Below, one piece after another: positions 34,805-39,420 of a stretch of DNA of 39,420 nucleotides. A program made the translations under genes and the position numbers. The notes beneath the pieces are model-generated. The model was given only the letters and a program-made list of their open reading frames with translations, had not been told where the DNA came from and did no database searches. The stretch is from NCBI GenBank assembly GCA_043825875.1, contig JBDRRF010000089.1:1-39420 (forward strand), given 5' to 3'. Each line of letters begins with the position of its first letter. The stretch's first letter is position 1. The stretch is from Pseudomonadota bacterium. GTDB taxonomy: Bacteria > Desulfobacterota > Desulfobacteria > Desulfobacterales > RPRI01.

Positions 34805-35551
34805 ATGATTACCAAGACTATTGAATCAGCAAGTTCAGGATATTGCCGTAGTTGTGGCAAAACTCATTCCATAAAACAAGGTAAGGCTAAAGAGTATTGT
34901 TTTGAATTAATGAAAACGCTGGAGGAGAAAGGGCGTATTGATTTTCATGTTCCGGAGCAGAAAGCAGACCCTCGTTTATATTTGGATTATCTACTTGGTG
35001 AGGCCAGAGGGCAAATGTTTGGTGTGCTGGAGTGTATGGATTCGGATGGGCAGCCTGTAATGCTGAAGGCGTTTTCCGGTCAATATAATGCTGTTTGGAA
35101 TGTGGAAGGATGGGTGCCCCCGCTTTTGGATACGGGAAAATTCGAGTCTTTGGTATGTGATGTAGACAAACAGATCAAGGCTTTGGGAAGCCGGATCAAT
35201 GGATTGTCTGAAGGGGTAGAAAAGCGGGAATTGACTTACCGGCGGAAAACAATGTCGCAAAACCTGATGAAAGAGATTCACGCGCTTTACCATGTCCATA
35301 ACTTCCGATCTGAGGTGAGATCCCTTTTTGAGCTTTTTACAAACGGAATACCCACCGGTGCAGGGGATTGCTGTGCGCCAAAGCTGTTGAATGCTGCAGC
35401 GAAACAAAAATTGACACCCACGAGTCTTGCAGAATTTTTCTGGGGAAAAGAAAACCGTTCCGGTACCCGTCGGCAAGGAAGATTTTATACTGCCTGTTCG
35501 GAAAAGTGTCAGCCTATTTTGGGCTTTATGTTATGCGGGATCGAGCGTTAA
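34805..35551 (+). CDS. stand-alone homolog of the N-terminal (deaminase-like) domain of long RluA/TrcP proteins
   Basis: GQMFGVL, LKAFSGQ, GWVPP, short helical insert ending R...SQ.L, PTGAGDCCAPKLL, LAEFFWG, FYTAC..KC.PILGFML.G; no pseudouridine synthase domain. Confidence 0.75.
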   Translation: MITKTIESASSGYCRSCGKTHSIKQGKAKEYCFELMKTLEEKGRIDFHVPEQKADPRLYLDYLLGEARGQMFGVLECMDSDGQPVMLKAFSGQYNAVWNVEGWVPPLLDTGKFESLVCDVDKQIKALGSRINGLSEGVEKRELTYRRKTMSQNLMKEIHALYHVHNFRSEVRSLFELFTNGIPTGAGDCCAPKLLNAAAKQKLTPTSLAEFFWGKENRSGTRRQGRFYTACSEKCQPILGFMLCGIER

Positions 35552-35770
35552 ATGATCCGGGAGATGTTAGGGTAGTATTTGGGACATGCAACTTATAAAC
35601 TTAATTATTGAAAAGAAGACATTAATACTTTTTCAATCGAATCTTCCGACCACCTTGATTAACCGGATGAATTAAACCACTTCAAACTCTACGCTATGGG
35701 GCGGAGAGGAACGAGCCGGTTAATTAATCGATCTTGGGCATCAACGCCCAAATAGATGTTGGCCCGAATA

Positions 35771-35892
35771 TTTAAAGGCAAACAATCTCTGAAGTATTGA
35801 AATAACTTCCAACTGGTCTTTTGAATCTCTGAGTCTACGGTAGGGTCAAGGTTTGCTAAATAAATATCAAAACGATTCACTACCATTGCCAT
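35771..35892 (-). pseudogene. mazF: MazF/PemK toxin with a large internal deletion
   Basis: VVNRFDIYLANLDPTVDSEIQKT joined out of frame to QLEVISILQRLFAF; the catalytic RP core is missing. Confidence 0.75.
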
Positions 35893-36130
35893 TCTTCTTC
35901 ATCCCAAGAATTTGAAATATTATTATCAATTATCGGTTCGTCATCACCCTTTTCGCCCATAATTTCGAAAGCGGCATCCCAACCCTCACGAACATTTTTA
36001 ACAGGTCGAATGATGATTTGGTTTTTTTTACCTCAATTTCAACGTCATCCAAAATGCCAGTTTGATCAAGGATGGGCTTTGGAATACGCAGGCCTTGGGA
36101 ATTTCCAATTTTAATTACACGCGCTATCAT
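35880..36130 (-). pseudogene. mazE: AbrB/MazE antitoxin, frameshifted in an A-run (36022-36029)
   Basis: VIKIGNSQGLRIPKPIL; the shifted frame continues QIIIRPVKNVREGWDAAF...WDEEEWQW*. Confidence 0.75.
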
Positions 36131-36330
36131 CAGATTTCTCCTTTATCACTTAATGTGAACACATTGTAATTACAATAGCCTAAGAAGTAAAGTCCTAAAA
36201 TTTATAATGCCGGAAACACATAAACTATCCTGTATTGTAGTACTTAATCTGTCCGGTTTACAATGGTCACCAATGGAGAGATTATTGACAAAATAACGCG
36301 CTACGGTTATATAATCGACAGGAGATTCAA

Positions 36331-37332
36331 ATGCAGGCTAACGTTTCAACTGAGGCCCTCGATGAATTGGATTTGATGCTGATCAAAGAGATGGAACTTG
36401 ATGGCAGAATGACCTATCTCGAACTGGCCAAAAAAGTAGGTACTAGCGATACAACTGTGCGCAGAAGGATAACCAGCCTTCTGAATAGTGGTACCATTCA
36501 TTTGTCCATCATGACCAATTCGGATTACTTAGGGTATGGTATACCTATTTACATCGCTGTCAAAGCCCGCCAAGGAGAAGTAGATACCATGGCCAAACAT
36601 CTAAGTTCGTTTCAGAATGTTCAGAACATCATATCAACCAGTGGCCGTTATGATGTGATAATGGCGGCAAATTTTAAAGATGTAGAGGAATTGCATCAAT
36701 TCATCACCAACGAAATTGGCATAAAGTTGAAAGTGACCAGTGTAGAATCAATGCTGCCACTTAGCTTGGTTAAAAGAGCCCTTCCTCGTTTGGGGGACGA
36801 TCCATCAAACGAAACCAATATCTTTCCCAATAAAAACTCTAACTATATATTCGATGAGTTTGACCTGTCTTTAATCAGAGAATTAAAAATCTCTCCAAGA
36901 GAATCGAGCACTAAGCTTGCCAAAACACTTGGTGCCAATAGATTTGGTGTCAGCCGCAGATTGCAGAAACTCAAAGATATGGGTCTTCTTAAAGTGTTTT
37001 GCCACACCGATCCAGGCAAGTTAGGATACACGTTTCAAGTCGTAATCTTGATACGGGTCGATCCTTCCCAAACTCCCTCTGTTGCAACTGCACTTGCAGG
37101 GTATGACCAAATTAGATATGTGGCTATAATTACAGGGCGTTTTGATATCATTGTCTGGGCTTGGTTTCAAAGCTCACAGGATATGACTGATTTTATGCAG
37201 CGTCAGTTGTCGTCCATTCCAGGCGTTCTTAGCCATGAAACCTTGATCGGGGTCGGAATCCTCAAGTTTTTTGGTAGTGATAAAGTTGCAGGATTCGATC
37301 GATTCGGGTCCTTTGAGCAAAAACGGACTTGA
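36331..37332 (+). CDS. Lrp/AsnC-family regulator with two tandem HTH-RAM units
   Basis: LDELDL.LI..ME.DGR.TY.ELA..VG.S..TVRRR and FDEFDL.LI..LK..PR.S...LA..LG; two SGRYDV / TGRFDI motifs; TTGACA at 36285. Confidence 0.88.
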   Translation: MQANVSTEALDELDLMLIKEMELDGRMTYLELAKKVGTSDTTVRRRITSLLNSGTIHLSIMTNSDYLGYGIPIYIAVKARQGEVDTMAKHLSSFQNVQNIISTSGRYDVIMAANFKDVEELHQFITNEIGIKLKVTSVESMLPLSLVKRALPRLGDDPSNETNIFPNKNSNYIFDEFDLSLIRELKISPRESSTKLAKTLGANRFGVSRRLQKLKDMGLLKVFCHTDPGKLGYTFQVVILIRVDPSQTPSVATALAGYDQIRYVAIITGRFDIIVWAWFQSSQDMTDFMQRQLSSIPGVLSHETLIGVGILKFFGSDKVAGFDRFGSFEQKRT

Positions 37333-37421
37333 TGAGTATTCGGCGTTTGCTCCCGTTATAAGATTTATCCATCATCTCTTTGTAGCCTGTATCATAATTA
37401 CAATTAGCCTTCTACTTATCG

Positions 37422-37450
37422 TGTCATTTTGAGCAAAGCGAAGCAATCTC
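37422..37450. repeat. degenerate TGTCATT...GAAGCAATCTC repeat
   Basis: TGTCATTTTGAGCAAAGCGAAGCAATCTC, same family type as 11748. Confidence 0.45.
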
Positions 37451-38094
37451 CTCGATAGGTCAGATCATCTTCCTTGTCAGTCAAGATATAAGCTCAGTAT
37501 AGGATCGTTTGATACTGGGTGCCTATATTTTTCTTGCAAATAATCCTCTATTAGCCAGTCACTTGTTTGACTTGTCAATAATTCTTTAAGCAGGATAACT
37601 CAGCGCCAATAATATAGTGTTTACTATTTAAATAAGTATAAAAACGTTGTAATAGTGCATATTATTATTAATAATAGTACAAAATATGCAATAATATATA
37701 ATCTTATGACATATTATACTTGACAAACAAGGCCGGTTTCCATATTTTAAGTTACGCAAAAGCAAGTTCTTATCAATCAATTACAATGTTGGTGTGTATA
37801 CTGCTGTTCAAATGCTATACTTGATCGCCTAAGAGACACAATAATTGCAGATCAATAAAATAGACTGGAAACCGGTGAACAAGGAATTTGTAAAAGTCCA
37901 TAAGATCCGCAACAAAAAATCAAATAGACCGATTCGTCTCACAGCGAAAAAGAACCTTTCCAGTCTTTGAGGGAGGAAAAGGAGAGCGGTTAAATTTTAG
38001 CCCGCATTGACCTTGACCAAGCTGAAACGTTTTGGAAGTTGCTCTGTTGTTTATAATATAATTAAGCAATTCAATTCTAAAGGAGGCTTCTATC

Positions 38095-39411
38095 ATGGTT
38101 CAAAGTGCAGAATATGTGGAAGGGCATAAGGCAATGAAAGTAAAGGGAGCAAAAAACGATGCGCTGGCCATACCCAAGCCTCGGCCGCCGGTCGTCTGGT
38201 GGGCATGGATCGGGGGTGCCTGGCTGGTGTTCTGGGCCTACGTGCTGACCCGCTGGGTGACCGGGCCGTACTTCACACCCGTGCCGACCGGAGAGGTTCC
38301 CCCGCCGACCTGGATGCACAATCTGTTCATCGGAATGCAGTGTTTTGGGCCAGTATTCATCATCCTTATGTCGTACTTCTTCGTCTTCAAGCCGTGGCGC
38401 CGCAATCGCAGCATCCCGTTAGATGGTCTGCTGTTCATCGGGTTCATGTTCTTTTCGCTGCAGGATGCAGGCTCGAACTACTTAGGCGTCTGGTACACGT
38501 TCAATTCGCACATGTTCAACATGGGGTCATACTATAACGAAATCCCCGGCTGGCTGGGGTTCGGCCGGCCCGGGGCGGTAGTGCCGTATGCGCTATTACA
38601 TCACCCGACGCAGTACGCGACCGGTATGTTCGGCTTCTGTGCCATCGGTGCCTGGGTAATGAACTGGGGCCGGAAACGATTTAACTGGGGGCCGGTAAAG
38701 CTGTGCCTGTTAATGTTCCCGTTCATGATGCTGTTTGATCTTATTATCGAGGGGGCATTCCAAACCCTTGGCTTATATACGATGGCCGGAGGGAAATACT
38801 CGTTCTTCCCCAACACCTACGAAAAATTCCCATTAATCGAGATGCCCTTAGTAGCAATGCTGTGCAGCCCGGTTGTGGCACTGCGCTACTTTAAAAACGA
38901 CAAGGGGGAAACGCTCGTTGAGCGCGGGATCAATTCGATGGTCATGAGCGACTGGAAAAAGCAGGGTATGCGGTTGCTGGCCATAATCGGCGTCCTCCAG
39001 TGCATCTACCTCTTCTGCTACAACATCCCGACTGCCATGCTCATGGGTTCTAATCCGGGGGCGTGGCCGACCGACGTTACGTCTCGTCCGTACTGGAACG
39101 ACGGTATGTGCGGTGCCGGAACTGACCGTATATGTCCCGGCCCCGGAGTGCCGCTTACCCAATATGCGTGGGTAACCACCTTGCCGGAGGGACAGCCTGT
39201 GCCGGAGGAAAACTGGATTTCAAGAGCCGGCGAACCTGCTACCGGGAAAGCCCTCAGTATGAGGGGCGAGGGATTGAAAAATCCGGAGTTCAGTGATGGT
39301 AAGTGTCGCCCGTTTAATAGCAAGTTTCTTGGCTACAGTGAAGACAGGTGCGACACGTTATTTTGCATTGAAGGAATAAAACCGAATATACCCGACTGGA
39401 ACTGGTGGTGA
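38095..39411 (+). CDS. AveC/DUF5135-family membrane protein with Cys-rich tail; close paralog of 1539..2822
   Basis: RBS AAGGAGG; colinear with the first copy over the full length, near-identical C-terminal third. Confidence 0.8.
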   Translation: MVQSAEYVEGHKAMKVKGAKNDALAIPKPRPPVVWWAWIGGAWLVFWAYVLTRWVTGPYFTPVPTGEVPPPTWMHNLFIGMQCFGPVFIILMSYFFVFKPWRRNRSIPLDGLLFIGFMFFSLQDAGSNYLGVWYTFNSHMFNMGSYYNEIPGWLGFGRPGAVVPYALLHHPTQYATGMFGFCAIGAWVMNWGRKRFNWGPVKLCLLMFPFMMLFDLIIEGAFQTLGLYTMAGGKYSFFPNTYEKFPLIEMPLVAMLCSPVVALRYFKNDKGETLVERGINSMVMSDWKKQGMRLLAIIGVLQCIYLFCYNIPTAMLMGSNPGAWPTDVTSRPYWNDGMCGAGTDRICPGPGVPLTQYAWVTTLPEGQPVPEENWISRAGEPATGKALSMRGEGLKNPEFSDGKCRPFNSKFLGYSEDRCDTLFCIEGIKPNIPDWNWW

Positions 39412-39420
39412 TTTAATAGC

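Overview
AT-rich bacterial window that looks like an anaerobic deltaproteobacterium (Desulfobacterota-type). This taxonomy is inferred from gene content only. There are three zones. (1) 1-15.8 kb, plus a paralog at 38-39.4 kb: a putative catabolic/lipid-modifying island. It holds a DUF1329-type secreted protein, five AveC/DUF5135-like membrane proteins, a sigma54 activator divergent from a tandem pair of COG1233 FAD oxidoreductases (CtmAB/CrtO-like), an APH/ACAD10-like kinase and two CrtC/AttH-type beta-barrel proteins. I read this as a candidate oxygen-independent terpenoid/alkene-lipid conversion system. (2) Two integrase-less integron cassette clusters (16.0-18.9 kb and 32.3-33.8 kb), supported by attC hairpins and complementary cassette ends. 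They carry Abi-alpha-like, GIY-YIG-like and unknown cargo, next to KilA-N, a RelBE-type TA pair, a decayed MazEF and a stand-alone TrcP-like deaminase domain. (3) A second, closely paralogous sigma54 activator module that leads into ldtD plus an M15A peptidase on one side and a small accessory protein plus an RND efflux pump on the other. There are many scars: deletion chimeras, IS91-like and DUF4143-like remnants, and REP-type palindromes. No rRNA, tRNA or CRISPR array was seen. Family assignments come from motif recognition, not database searches.
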